A stretch of 64,000 nt of DNA from Octopus sinensis. Lineage: Eukaryota. Shown here piece after piece: positions 25,371 through 36,640 of this stretch (positions are counted from its first letter, which is position 1; every line of letters starts with the position of its first letter). Under the pieces are notes generated by a model that was given only the letters and a program-made list of their open reading frames with translations, made no database searches and was not told the origin of the DNA. The stretch is taken from NCBI RefSeq assembly GCF_006345805.1, contig NC_043019.1, positions 23,063,360-23,127,359 on the forward strand, given 5' to 3'. Position numbers and translations under genes: made by a program.

Positions 25371-25837
25371 CAGCAAATTGTCAGAGGCTTGAAAAGGGTG
25401 CATAAAAAAAAATAAACAATATTTGTTTATTTGTGGCAAGTTGGCAGAATCGTGAGCACAGCAGGCAAAATGCTTAGTGGTGTTTCATCCACCCTTATGT
25501 TCTGAGTTCAAATTCTATCATGGTTGACTTTGCCTTTCATCCTTTCGGGGTTGATAAAATAAGTACCAGTTGAACACTGGGGTCGATGTAATCGACTTAC
25601 CAGTTCCCTGACATTGCCAGCCTTGTACCAAAATTTGGAACCATTATTGTGTATAATATTACTTCCATTGAAGAATTGGTAAAAGCTTCTGCCAGTTGAA
25701 TAATAATGGTATTTTAAATTTTGGCAGCAGCAGAGCCATGACTTAAGGCTTAAGGACAGCTTTTGTTAATTTCTTTGCAGCAACATGGAGTTTTGCTATT
25801 TTATATGAAGAACATTTTCATTTATGATATGTTTGTC

Positions 25838-26250
25838 TTTTATCTTTTTACTTCTTTCAGTCATTAAACTATGGCCATGCTGGGGCACCACCTTTAAGAA
25901 TTTTAGTCAAACTGATTCAACCCCAATATTCATTTTTTGTAAAGCCTGTTACCTATTCTATTGGTCTCTCTTGCCAAATCACTGAGTTACAGGGATGTAA
26001 ACACACCAACACCAGTTGTCAAGCAGTGGTAGGGTACAAACATAGACTCAAAGACATACACACACTCACACACACACATGCACACACACATACACATACA
26101 TATATGATAGCTTCTTTCGGTTTCCATCTACCAAATCCACTCACAAGGCTTTGGTCAACCTGAGGCTATCGTAGAAAACACTTGCCCAAAGTGCCAAGCG
26201 GAGGGACTGAACCTGCAGCCATATGGTTAGGAAGTAAACTTCTCACCTCA
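25838..26250 (-). mobile_element. SINE family B copy
   Basis: Family B motifs with internal (CA)n. Confidence 0.85.
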
Positions 26251-27002
26251 CAGCCTAGTTTAAATCCTCTATACATTTGTTTATTCAATATTTATGGGTT
26301 TAATTTGAGTTGTTCCCAAGTGGAAGGTATTTTGTACCATTTGATTCATAGCTACTTATTCAGTTTTTGCAGTTAGGTCGTTTTATTTATGTTATCTATC
26401 TCACATAATTCAGAAGTTTTTGTCAAATCTATATTATTTTTTTATACTATACTATTCGATTATTTTATTGCAATTTTAAAATTTATTTGCACTTTTAGTA
26501 TGCAATTTATTTTGTAAATTTATTTCCTCTAATTGGATATACAGTTAATAGTTATTGATTTATGCAAATCTTTTTCCCTTGCACATGGTTCAAGGACATT
26601 GATTAATTTGGTTAGTTTTTGGTGTGGTGCTAATTAATCTATATCAGTGTTTCCCAACCATTTTTTCCCCTATAGCCCCCTTTAATTTCTGTTTTACTCA
26701 GATGCATCCTTATAACTATTTGATGCTTAAAAAACCCTGTTCTGGCATTTTTATTCCATATATCACTGGCAGAGAGATGAATCGCTGCTATCTCATACAG
26801 CTAAATTTCCATCCCTGACAAGACCAAGGAAGGTCAAATTCATGCGATCTGGAGTTGGCAGAGAATTATCTCCCTGCTAATAGTTTAAACAAGAATGCAT
26901 TTTGCACCAAAAGCCAAAATGAGAGTTTCGGCAGTAGAGTTTGTTCTGACAGAACATCCACATTTAAGTGGAGATAAATATTACCTCTCATTATATTTTA
27001 AA

Positions 27003-27362
27003 CTAGCAGTATCACCTGGCGTTGCTCGGGTTTGTTTCAACCCTTTAGAATTGGAATTTTTGAAAAGTAAAAATTTTGCATTATGCTGCTTGTTATTCTC
27101 TTTAAGTGAACATTTTTCTGGTTGAAATACACCGAAAAATGGCAACACAACAGTCTAGTAAAAAAGCACTTTATTGATGTAAATAATTTTTGTTGTTAAC
27201 ATGGTCCGATTAGAATTTTTTCTTCTATGGAAGGATGAGCAAGCTTTTCTTCTATCATACTCTCAATTTTAGTCAACTTGCACTGCAGGGTCTCGGAGGA
27301 GATAGTGTTAGTTGAAGGCTACCAAACCTGCCATATACAGACAACTTCAGCTTTATATATAT

Positions 27363-27367
<5 letters not shown>
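27003..27367 (-). mobile_element. Non-autonomous Helitron (~365 bp)
   Basis: Minus strand starts TC..TATATATAAAGCTGAAG and ends ACCCGAGCAACGCCAGGTGATACTG-CTAG|T (subterminal hairpin plus CTAG). Confidence 0.8.
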
Positions 27368-27412
<45 letters not shown>

Positions 27413-27639
27413 TCAACACACACATTGCATGCATCTGTGTTGTATGCATAAATGCTCGTGTGAGTGTGTGTGTGTGATTGAAGCCATTCACCATACATAC
27501 ATACATAACAACACCTGTCTGTCTGTTTTTGTCTGTCAATCACTCACTAAAAAGAAATTTTTAAAATCTGTTATCTCTCTCTCCCTCTCCTTCCCTCTCT
27601 TTACACCATTGCTTGAAGGGGACTTAACTCATGTTTTGT

Positions 27640-27876
27640 AAATAATAATGGCGTCACTACAGTGGATTTATCCGCCTTCAAAATTGAAGTTATGGCTCAA
27701 AATTATTTACCGCTATTCGCGGTTACCTCAGGGGAAAATAATTTGACGAAAATACAGCTAGGATCGTGACAAATGTCCTCCTAAAATTTGAGCAACATGC
27801 GTGCTAATTTGTGGATGTGCATAAACTACAATCACGTACACACACACACACAAATCCTGCCTTATATATATACAGA
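27640..27876 (-). mobile_element. Helitron-like 5' fragment
   Basis: A|TCTGTATATATATAAGGCAGGATTTGTGTG; similar starts at ~18075 (+) and 60927 (+). Confidence 0.6.
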
Positions 27877-28647
27877 TATTATTAGGAAGTGTATAAAAAT
27901 ATTGTGAAATAGTTTGTTTATTGTAGAAATATACATCAATTTATTGTACATAAATTTTAATAACAAAATCTTACATGGACCCCCAAGAGTTATAAGGGCT
28001 CTGGTTGAGAACCACTAATCTATACATTTGAGATTCTAGGCTTGTTGTTCGTTGTGTTATTATTATCATATTATGTATTGATGGTTCAGTAGGTTTTGCT
28101 CAATATATTTTGTTCGCCAGTTCTATTTTAGTATTATAGATTTTTTAATCACAATGTCCTTTGAGAGAGGAATTTCTTCATTCTATAGATACTGTTTTTC
28201 AATTGCTAGCTTTGTAGCCATAAGTTAATAGCATTTTATATTCAATGTTGTTATAATAATAAGCAGATGTTGGTGTAAAGTTTATATTATGCTAATGTTT
28301 TGCTTCTGTTGCTTGTCTATTGATTTTTAGCTAACATTAATGTTTATAACACTACTGACATGGCTGAATTGAATGGTACTGCCGAGGTGTCAAAACCATT
28401 GTGATAGCTGTTAGGCAGCTGAAGATGGGATTGTATGTTTGATATGCTTGTTTATATCTTGAGGTCTCATTATGCTGAGTTGTCGTAAGGTTAAACATTC
28501 ATTCTTGTGAGGTTAAACCTGTTTTAGGGTTCATGATTTATGGGGATTACATATTTCGTTAATGCTTGATTGCCTTCATGGATAATCTTCTTAGACTAGA
28601 ATAATACTTAATTAGCAATTTCTAGTTTTAGGAGGTTCTGAATATAT

Positions 28648-29045
28648 ACTCTTTTTACTCTTTTACATGTTTCAGTCATTTGACTGTGGCCATGCTGGAG
28701 CACCGCGTTTAGTCGAGCAAATCGACCCCAGGACTTATTCTTTGTAAGCATAGTACTTATTCTATCGGTCTCTTTTGCCAAACCGCTAAGTTATGGGGAC
28801 GTAAACACACCAGCATCGGTTGTCAAGTGATGTTGGGGGACAAACACAGACACAAACATATACACACACATACATATACATATATACGACGGGCTTCTTT
28901 CAGTTTCCATCTACCAAATCCACTCACAAGGCTTTGGTCAGCCTGAGGCTATAGTAGAAGACACTTGCCCAAGGTGCCACGCAGTGGGACTGAACCCGGA
29001 ACCATGTGGTTGGTAAGCAAGCTACTTACCACACAGCTGCTCCTA
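28648..29045 (-). mobile_element. SINE family B, full length
   Basis: Family B motifs. Confidence 0.9.
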
Positions 29046-29157
29046 CGCCTATGTATATATATTTATATAGGGAGAGTTTACGAAAAAAACAAAAGACGAA
29101 GACAGGTGGTGTACAAAACAAACAGCTGTATTAGTATAACGCTCAGGAATCGAAAAA

Positions 29158-29199
29158 GTCTTTTACGTTTCGAGCCTACGCTCTTCTACAGAAAGGGAC
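29158..29199 (-). ncRNA. Minimal type-I hammerhead-like motif (variant core CUGUAGA) in a ~165-bp (TA)n-flanked element (~29066-29225)
   Basis: Minus strand gtcc-CTTT CTGTAGA A GAGC gtag GCTC GAAAC GTA AAAG-ac: stem I CTTT/AAAG, stem II GAGC/GCTC, palindromic stem III ACGT, GUA site. Confidence 0.6.
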
Positions 29200-29745
29200 A
29201 CAAAAAAATAAGGAGAGAAAAAAATGTGTGTCATATATATTTATATATGCATGCGTTTGTGTTTGTGTGTGTGTGTGTGTGTGTGCATGTGTGTGTGTGT
29301 CATTAATATAGATATCAATAAAGCCAGAGCTATTGCTGAAAAATGTGCATGGTGGAAGTTGCAAATGGAAATATGAGGATGTAAGTAAAAATGCCAAAAT
29401 GACAGCAAAATAAGAAAATTACATTTATCATTTATCAGATTGTGCGTGCTTATGTACATATATGTGTGAATATGTATGTATGAGTCTGAATGTGAACAAA
29501 TGTGTGCACATTTGTGTATATATATGTATGTGCTTGTGTGCTGATTTGTGTATGTGTGGGTGTACTGTTGTACGTATTCCAGTGAAAATAGATTTTCTTT
29601 GCAGTGTAAATATCGAAAACATCAAAAGTGAAGTGGATAAACTTCCAAAGTCTTTTGTAACATCACGATAACTGGTTACATAACTATATATATGTGTGTG
29701 GGTGTGTGTGTGTATGTGTGTATAGTTTTATATATATATATAGTA

Positions 29746-29794
29746 AGTTCACTTACTAGATATCTGCTTTGATTTATTAATCCCTATTACTTGT

Positions 29795-29826
<32 letters not shown>

Positions 29827-29833
29827 TATATGA

Positions 29834-29891
<58 letters not shown>

Positions 29892-29953
29892 TATATACAC
29901 ATATATATATATGATGATGATATATATATATACATATATATACATATATATAT

Positions 29954-30006
<53 letters not shown>

Positions 30007-30064
30007 TATATATGATGATATATATATATATAATATACATATATATATATATACATATATATAT

Positions 30065-30121
<57 letters not shown>

Positions 30122-30172
30122 TATATATGATGATATATATATATATACATATATATATACATATATATATAT

Positions 30173-30203
<31 letters not shown>

Positions 30204-30259
30204 GTAAGTTCACTTACTAGATATCTGCCTTGATTTATTAATCCCTATTACTTGTTATA

Positions 30260-30291
<32 letters not shown>

Positions 30292-30371
30292 CACACACAC
30301 ACATGTGTGTGTGTGTGTATAACAGGTAATAGGGATTAATAAATCAAGGCAGATATCTAGTAAGCGAACTT
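29746..30371. repeat. Foldback structure: 50-bp arm, ~410-bp (TA)-rich array, second arm copy, microsatellite core, inverted arm
   Basis: AGTTCACTTACTAGATATCTGC(C/T)TTGATTTATTAATCCCTATTACTTGTT at 29746 and 30207; its reverse complement (2 mismatches) at 30321-30370. Confidence 0.9.
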
Positions 30372-31129
30372 GAAATGTTCTCTTAAGTATAGAAAACCAT
30401 TTTATAAATTTCAATGGTAAATAACACATCGTTATAATTGCGTTTCCTATAATTTAATAAGCATAATTTTTAAAAGTTTTTTTTTCTTATTTTATTTTAG
30501 AAACACCTGAATCTACTGACGTAGGAATTTCTATGCTTATTTTTTATTCTTTCATTGCCTGTTGACATCATCACGAGTTTAAATACTAAACTGGCTTTTC
30601 TTAGCATATATTTCTTCCTAACACTCTCATTTTGCCTGCAATCATCAATTACAACCATTTTATCAGCTCACTTTAAATTCAAGCTTTTATGCGTTGCCTT
30701 CATAACACTGAGTTCACATAAATTTTGGATATCTTGAATGTTACAATTGATCCAATATAGATATTTTGTACTTTATTCTGCATCCAGATGTGTTTACACA
30801 ATAGAAATGATTGTTGGAACTGTATGATGTGGTCCTCTAATAAAGATGTGATGTTCTCCACTTTTATTGATGTTTCATAAATATATATATATATATATTA
30901 GACACAATATATGTTTTACTATTAGTTTCATGTGCTGAGAGCATGCCAGACAGTATTTTTTAACTCGTCTGTTGAGATTTTCTGAAACTAACCCATGCCA
31001 GCATGGAACAATGGGCATTAGATGAAGATGACAATGACGATGATGATGATGATGGTGGTGGTGGTGGTGGTGGTGGTGGAGATGATGATGATGATGTTGA
31101 TGTCGATGATGATGTTGATGATGATATAT

Positions 31130-31553
31130 TCTTTTACTTGTTTCAGTCATTTGACTGTCGTCATGCTACAGCACTGCCTTGAAGGGTTTTAGTCGAACAA
31201 ATCAACCCCAGGGGTTATTTTTTTAAGCCTAGTACTTTTTTTATCGATCTCTTTTATTGAACTGCTATGTTACAGGAACATAAACACACTAACATCGGTT
31301 GTGAAGCGATGGTGGAGGACAAACACATATACAAAGGCACACACACATAGATATATACATACATACATATATATATACACATACATACACGATAGGCTTC
31401 TTTCGGTTTCCACCTACCAAATTCACTCACATAGCTTTGGTCAGTCCAAGATTATAGTAGAAAACACTTGCCCAGAGTGCCACTCAGTGGAGACTGAACT
31501 TGGAATCATTTGGTTGTGAAGCAAGCTTCTTACCACACAACCATGACTGTGCC

Positions 31554-31555
<2 letters not shown>
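31130..31555 (-). mobile_element. SINE family B copy
   Basis: Family B motifs, diverged. Confidence 0.8.
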
Positions 31556-31583
<28 letters not shown>

Positions 31584-31584
<1 letters not shown>

Positions 31585-32847
31585 TACATTGACAAGAAAG
31601 CTCTTGCGTTTTTTAACCTTTAAATTCAGATGCACATATCTTGGCTCAAACAAAACTTTATTAATTGAAATAAACACCATCAGAATCAACACACTTTTGT
31701 CAATGCGAAACAAGTTTATTTATGCCAGTAGTGTAAAAATCCTGTGTTCTGGTGACGATGAAGTCGTTGAAGGCGTGTTTGGTATCGTCTTGGTTTTTCA
31801 AGCATTTCTCACGCGGAAAGTTGTCGAGATGCTTGAAAAAGTGGTAGTCGGTAGGCAAGAGGTCTGGTGAGCATGGCAGATGAGTCAGAGTTTCATAGCC
31901 CAATTCATTCAACTTCTGCAGGGTCAGTTGTGCCACATGTGGCCAAGCATTGTTGTGGAGAAGAATTGGTCCTTTTCTATTGACCAATGCTGGCTGTTGT
32001 TGTCAGAGTTTCTTATGCATTTCATCCATTTGCTAACAGTACTTCTCCACCATAATGGTTTCGCCTGGATCCAAAAAGCTGTGATGGATGAGATCAGCCG
32101 CAGACCACCAAACAGTCACCTTGACCTTCTTTTGGTGTAACTTCAGTTTCAGGAAGTGCCATGGAATTTTGTCGGTGTCCAGCCACTGAGCTGAGCATCA
32201 CCAGTTGTCATAAAGAATCCACTTTTCATCACAAGTCCCAATCTAGTCAAGAAACAAATCATTCTTGTTGTGTAAAAGAAGAGAAGACAACACTTCAAAG
32301 CAGCGTTCTTTTTGGGTTGTCGTTCAATTCGTGCGGCACCCATTTCTCAAGTATTTTTGTTTTTCCAATCTCTTCCAAGTGGTTGGAAATTGTCGTATAC
32401 GCTACGTCTAATTCAGAAGCAAGCTCTCGAATAGTTGTTCATAGATTGGCTTCGACTAAGGCTCTCAGTTGATCATTGTCAGCATTTGATGGCCGGCCAC
32501 TATGCTTATCATCTTCAAGACTCTCATCACCGCTATGAAATTTCTTGAACCACCATTGTGCTGTACATTCATTAACGGTTCCTGGGCCAAATGCATCGTT
32601 GATATCATGAGCTGTTTCAGCAGCTTAGAATAAGAAAATTGTGCGAATTTGCTTTTTGTCCATGTTGTCTTCAACGTTCCAAAATAAATGGCTTAATTAT
32701 TTAAAAAGGGAAAGAGTAACACACTTAGAGGTAAAATGGGCTTTAAAATGATATATAAAGTCAAAGTAATTTAACGAAAATTAATTTGAAAATACATCAT
32801 TTAAAACCAAAATTAAAAATTCCGCAAGAACTTTCTTGACAACCTGA
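31584..32847 (-). mobile_element. Full-length but inactivated mariner (cecropia/Hsmar1-like), ~1.26 kb, TA-flanked
   Basis: TIRs TA|TTACATTGACAAGAAAGCTCTTGCG and TA|TCAGGTTGTCAAGAAAGTTCTTGCG; peptides VNRKGPILLHNNAWPHVAQLTLQKLNELGYETLTHLPCSPDLLPTDYHFFKHLDNF and GINKLVS; frameshifts and stops. Confidence 0.92.
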
Positions 32848-32879
32848 TATTTATTAAATAAGTAACAGTACAAAGATTC

Positions 32880-33185
32880 ATGCCAATCCATGACACCTGT
32901 TCACACACATGCATCATACAGTCTACTTTTCACTCTGAGCGAGAGGCCCTTTGTTACCAGCTGAGGTGGAAGCTCTCTGAACTTTACCCAGGCTATTCTT
33001 ATTCTAGTAGCTACACTCTCAGAGTACCCACCCCACTACAGACTTGGTCACCTAAGTAGTGGAAGCTATCAACTACTTCTAGTTTTTCCCTCTGTCATGT
33101 GATGAGATCTGTTTTCTGTACATCATCCTTGTTATTGCACTTGTGTATCTGTGTATCTTCCCAGTTAGTCTTCCTTTGATATTGC
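32880..33185 (-). mobile_element. RTE-type RT C-terminal remnant (paralogue of 44655-44940)
   Basis: Alignable with 44655-44940; V.S.F.YLGDQV, RI..AW.KF, RVKSRLYDACV. Confidence 0.75.
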
Positions 33186-33197
33186 TGCACCTCTTAT

Positions 33198-33495
33198 GAG
33201 TCAATGGCCCGGTGGTTAGGGTAGTGGACTCATGGTCGTAGGATTACAGTTTCGATTCCCAGACCAGGTGTTGTGAGTGTTTATTTAGCGAAAACACCTA
33301 AAGCTCCACAAGCTCTGGCAGGGGGAGGTGGGGATCCCAGCTGTACTCTTTCACCACAACTTTCTCTCACTCTTTCTTCCATTGGCGTGCACCCTTAGCC
33401 AGCGGGGTGGCATCATTTGAAGGCTAAAACAATGTGAAGCGCATTGTGACCGGCGATGTGTAGCAACATCTGATAGCCTGGTCGGTCACGGTGAT
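33198..33495 (+). mobile_element. SINE family D, body variant 3, (CA)n tail
   Basis: Same head up to ACTTTCTCTCACTCTTTCTTCC, then an unrelated body ending GCGCATTGTGACCGGCGATGTGTAGCAACATCTGATAGCCTGGTCGGTCACG. Confidence 0.82.
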
Positions 33496-34199
33496 ATACA
33501 CACACACATATATATAAACATGTGTGTGTGTGTGTGTACCATTACTCAAAGCACTAAACTCTTGGTATGTATTTTCAGGTATCAGTGGAATCCTATGTTC
33601 TGACCGATGTCTTCCACATTAAATAACTACCAGAAGTGGTACCAGTCTCTTTTCTCCAATAAGTTCTTGGAAGAATTCGAACAAGCGGCCCTGACGTTCT
33701 TTATCTCTTAGATGAGTGCTCGAGCCCAACCATTGCAGTCTGTGGCAGTGTTAATTGATTTGTTGGCCAAAAGTGATGAACAAAAACAGCAGACGGCTCG
33801 ATATATGGCAGCAAGCCAACTATTGTGGCTGCACTGCCAAGTTGATAGAGCAAAGTATGGTATTAATCTGTAATTATTGACTGTATAGAGATGGGGGGAG
33901 GAAAGAGAGGGAGAGGAAGAGAGGAAGGAGGGAGAGTGGAGGGAGAGGAAGGAGGGAGAGAGAGTGGGAGAAAAGAGAGAAACTAGAAGAGAAAACAAGA
34001 GAGGAGAGGGGACAGGGAGAGAAAAAGAGTAGGAGGGAAAGAAAAAAAGAGGGAGAGAGGGAAAGGGAGAAGGAAAGAAAAAGAGAAAGGGAGGGAGAGA
34101 CTGGATGATAAAAAGAGGTGGACAGATGGATAGAAAGAAATGCAAACCATATTCCACACACACACACACACACATTTTATTGATGTCGTGATTAGACTT

Positions 34200-35130
34200 A
34201 TTAAGGCAATGAACTGACAAAATCGTTAGCACACCTAGCAAAATGCTTAGAGGTGTTTCATCCATCTTCATGTTCTGAATTCAAATTCCAGTGAGGCTGA
34301 CTTTGCCTTTCATCCTTTCAGGGTCAATAAAATAAGTACCAGTTGAGCACTGGGATCAGTTTAATTGTCTTACCCCTCCCCACTGAAATTGTTGGCCTTG
34401 TGCCAAAATTTGAAACTATTATTATCATTGTTATTGCTGCTGTCTTCTTCTTCCAATCAGGGCTCATGCCATTAGCCACAAGGAATAATCTCTAATTCGA
34501 GCCTACTCTAAGCTATTAAGAATGAGTGTGGCAACTTGAAGATCCACCCACCGCATGCGATAGGCTGGCGGTTGCAAAGGCACGAAAGCTACGTTGTTAT
34601 CCTCATTCCATAAACGGTGGCTTTTAACGGGTGGAGAGCTGAACCATCCTGGGGTACAGAGGATTCGCAATCTAGACTAGGGTCTGAAAGTTTACTACAC
34701 CATAGTGGGTTACACCATGCTTAGCAGCATTTCATCCGTCTTTACGTTCTGAGTTCAAATTTCGCTGAGGTTGACTTTACCTCTCATCCTTTTGGGGTCA
34801 ATGAAATAAGTACAAGTTGAGTCCTGCGGTCAATATCATCAACTTAACCCTACCCACTGCTAAAATTACTGGCCTTGCGCCAAAATTTGAAACCATTTTT
34901 GTTAGACTTGTTATGACAGTGAACGGGCAGAGTTGTTAACATGCTGAGTAAAATGTCTAGTGGCATGTCATCTGTCTTTACATTCTGAGTTCAAATTCCA
35001 CCAAGTTCAACTTTGCCTTTCTTCATTTTGGGATTGATGAAATAAGTACCAGTTGAAAACTGGGATCAATGTAATCGACTTATACCTCCTCTGATATTGC
35101 TGGTCTTGTGTCAAAATTTGAAATCATTAT
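34200..35130 (+). mobile_element. Three diverged SINE A copies (~34200-34420, ~34715-34900, ~34925-35130) around an unassigned GC-richer segment (34445-34710)
   Basis: Family A motifs GTTCTGAGTTCAAATT, TTTGCCTTTCATCC, GATAAAATAAGTACCAGTT. Confidence 0.8.
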
Positions 35131-35199
35131 TATTAGACTTGTCAGAATCATTAAAGTAACAAGCAAAATGCTTTGTAGTATTTTAATCCAGTTTAATCT

Positions 35200-35337
35200 A
35201 TAGCCAAGCCAGTATTTATAGTCAAGCCTATGTCTATAGCCAAGTCAGTGCTTATAGCCAAACCTGTACCTATAGCTAAACTAGCACCTATTGCCAAACT
35301 TGAGCCAATAATCATAATTGTGCCTATAGCTAAGTCA
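35200..35337 (+). repeat. Degenerate 18-bp tandem repeat, ~7.5 units (ATAGCCAARCCWGTRCCT)
   Basis: Units ATAGCCAAGCCAGTATTT / ATAGTCAAGCCTATGTCT / ATAGCCAAGTCAGTGCTT / ATAGCCAAACCTGTACCT / ATAGCTAAACCTAGCACCT (19 nt) / ATTGCCAAACTTGAGCCA. Confidence 0.8.
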
Positions 35338-35649
35338 TCATCCCTATATTTAAAAATGAGCTTTAACATACAGCAGTGACCTCATCCCCAAATCAGAAAT
35401 TCTTTTATATGAAATCTTGATAGATCACCAAACAAAATCAATAGTAATCAATGTCAATAGCTCATCTCTAGAATCAATGAATTAGTTATGAAGCTGATAT
35501 GGACTTGGTTTAATCAACTGTACTCCACCTCCATGCTGGTCTATTGAATCTTTTGATCTTTGACCAATGTCAGAATTTATTGCTATTATATATGACATGT
35601 GCCATAATGCTGTGATAAATGGGACATTGGAAGCCAAATTCTTTGATTT

Positions 35650-35935
35650 TTGTTGTTTTTTTTTTACTCACTGGGTTTGGATGTAGGGTCAATGCTCATG
35701 GCCTTATCGGGCTTTTGAGGTCGATGAGACTGTTGCTGTTGATATTCCGCTTGAATCTTTGTAAGTCAAGAACAGTAAGACAGAAAGACATGAACAAGGG
35801 AAGAATTCCAGAGGGCCAAAGTTCTGGGAAAGAGAAGACCATGGTAGTGAGTGCAGGGTCTGGAGATGGAGGCAAATAGGTCAAGAATACTTGAGCAGGA
35901 TAGCATGAGCCCAGCCAGATTCAAAGGGCAGAATC
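35650..35935 (-). mobile_element. LINE 3' end (Jockey/L2-group type) with poly(A)
   Basis: Frameshifted SF(F)PRT..LWN.LP.HVF...DLQRFKRNIN, then ...CCCAGTGAGTAAAAAAAAAA. Confidence 0.6.
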
Positions 35936-36640
35936 CATTATAAAAAAATTTATTTACTACCTACAAGGGGCTAAACACAGAGGGGTCAAACAAGGACAGA
36001 CACACGGATTAAGTCGATTACATCGACCCCAGTGCATAACTAGTACTTAATTTATCAACCCCGAAAGGATGAAAGGCAAAGTCGACCTCGGCAGAATTTG
36101 AACTCAGAACGTAACAGCAGACGAAATACCACTAAGCATTTCGGCCGGCACGTTAACGTTTCTGCCAGTTCGACCATTATAGTAGTGGAAATGGCAGAGA
36201 AATGAAACAGTGCAGCCCCTAGGCGAGACAAAGAAGTATGTCTTATAAATGATTTTAGGCCAATCAGTTTTATGGCCCTTTCTCTGAGTGTGATCTGAGT
36301 TGTCTGTGTATGCAGCACCAACAGCACTGTCCCAGTTGTGGGAGCAGTGTTCTATTGTGGGCCTTACTAGTGCTTTTTTGAATACCAAAAATTATCTGAG
36401 TATGTAGAGAAGCTTGCTTTCCAACCACATGGTTCCAGGTTCAGTTCCCACAACACAATGTCTGCCTTTATATTCTGAATTCAATTTCTGCTGAAGTTGA
36501 CTTCACCTTTCTTCCTTTAGGGATCAATGAAATAAGTACCAGTTGTGCACTGGGGTCAATGTAATTGAACTGCTCCCCCTCGCCAATTTTAATGGTGCTC
36601 CAAGACTGGAAGGAAGGAGGGGGGATTCTCAAACAGCAGA

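Larger units (their letters stand above)
26645..28017. mobile_element. hAT-type non-autonomous element containing nested insertions
   Basis: 15-bp TIRs CAGTGTTTCCCAACC (26645) and GGTTGAGAACCACTA (28003-28017); 8-bp TSD ATCTATAT / ATCTATAC. Confidence 0.85.
26480..28640 (-). mobile_element. Possible highly decayed Penelope-like (GIY-YIG) remnant split by the hAT insertion (26480-26644 and 28018-28640)
   Basis: Fragmentary frameshifted peptides resembling CPL.G.C, YIG.T and C.LC..EK motifs; weak. Confidence 0.3.

Noticed and set aside
29777-30233. YIYI/VCVC/HTHT ORFs here and at 12324, 21388, 45291, 50041, 53039
   Set aside because: Dinucleotide microsatellite translations.
33579-33770. Long frame with two TAA codons rescued by recoding or RNA editing
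   Set aside because: No recognisable homology to justify read-through; stops at this spacing are expected by chance.
34455-34520. HDV-like ribozyme (GGCTC...GAGCC with inner GAAT/ATTC)
   Set aside because: No P1.1, P4 or J4/2 elements could be placed; the 34445-34710 segment remains unassigned.
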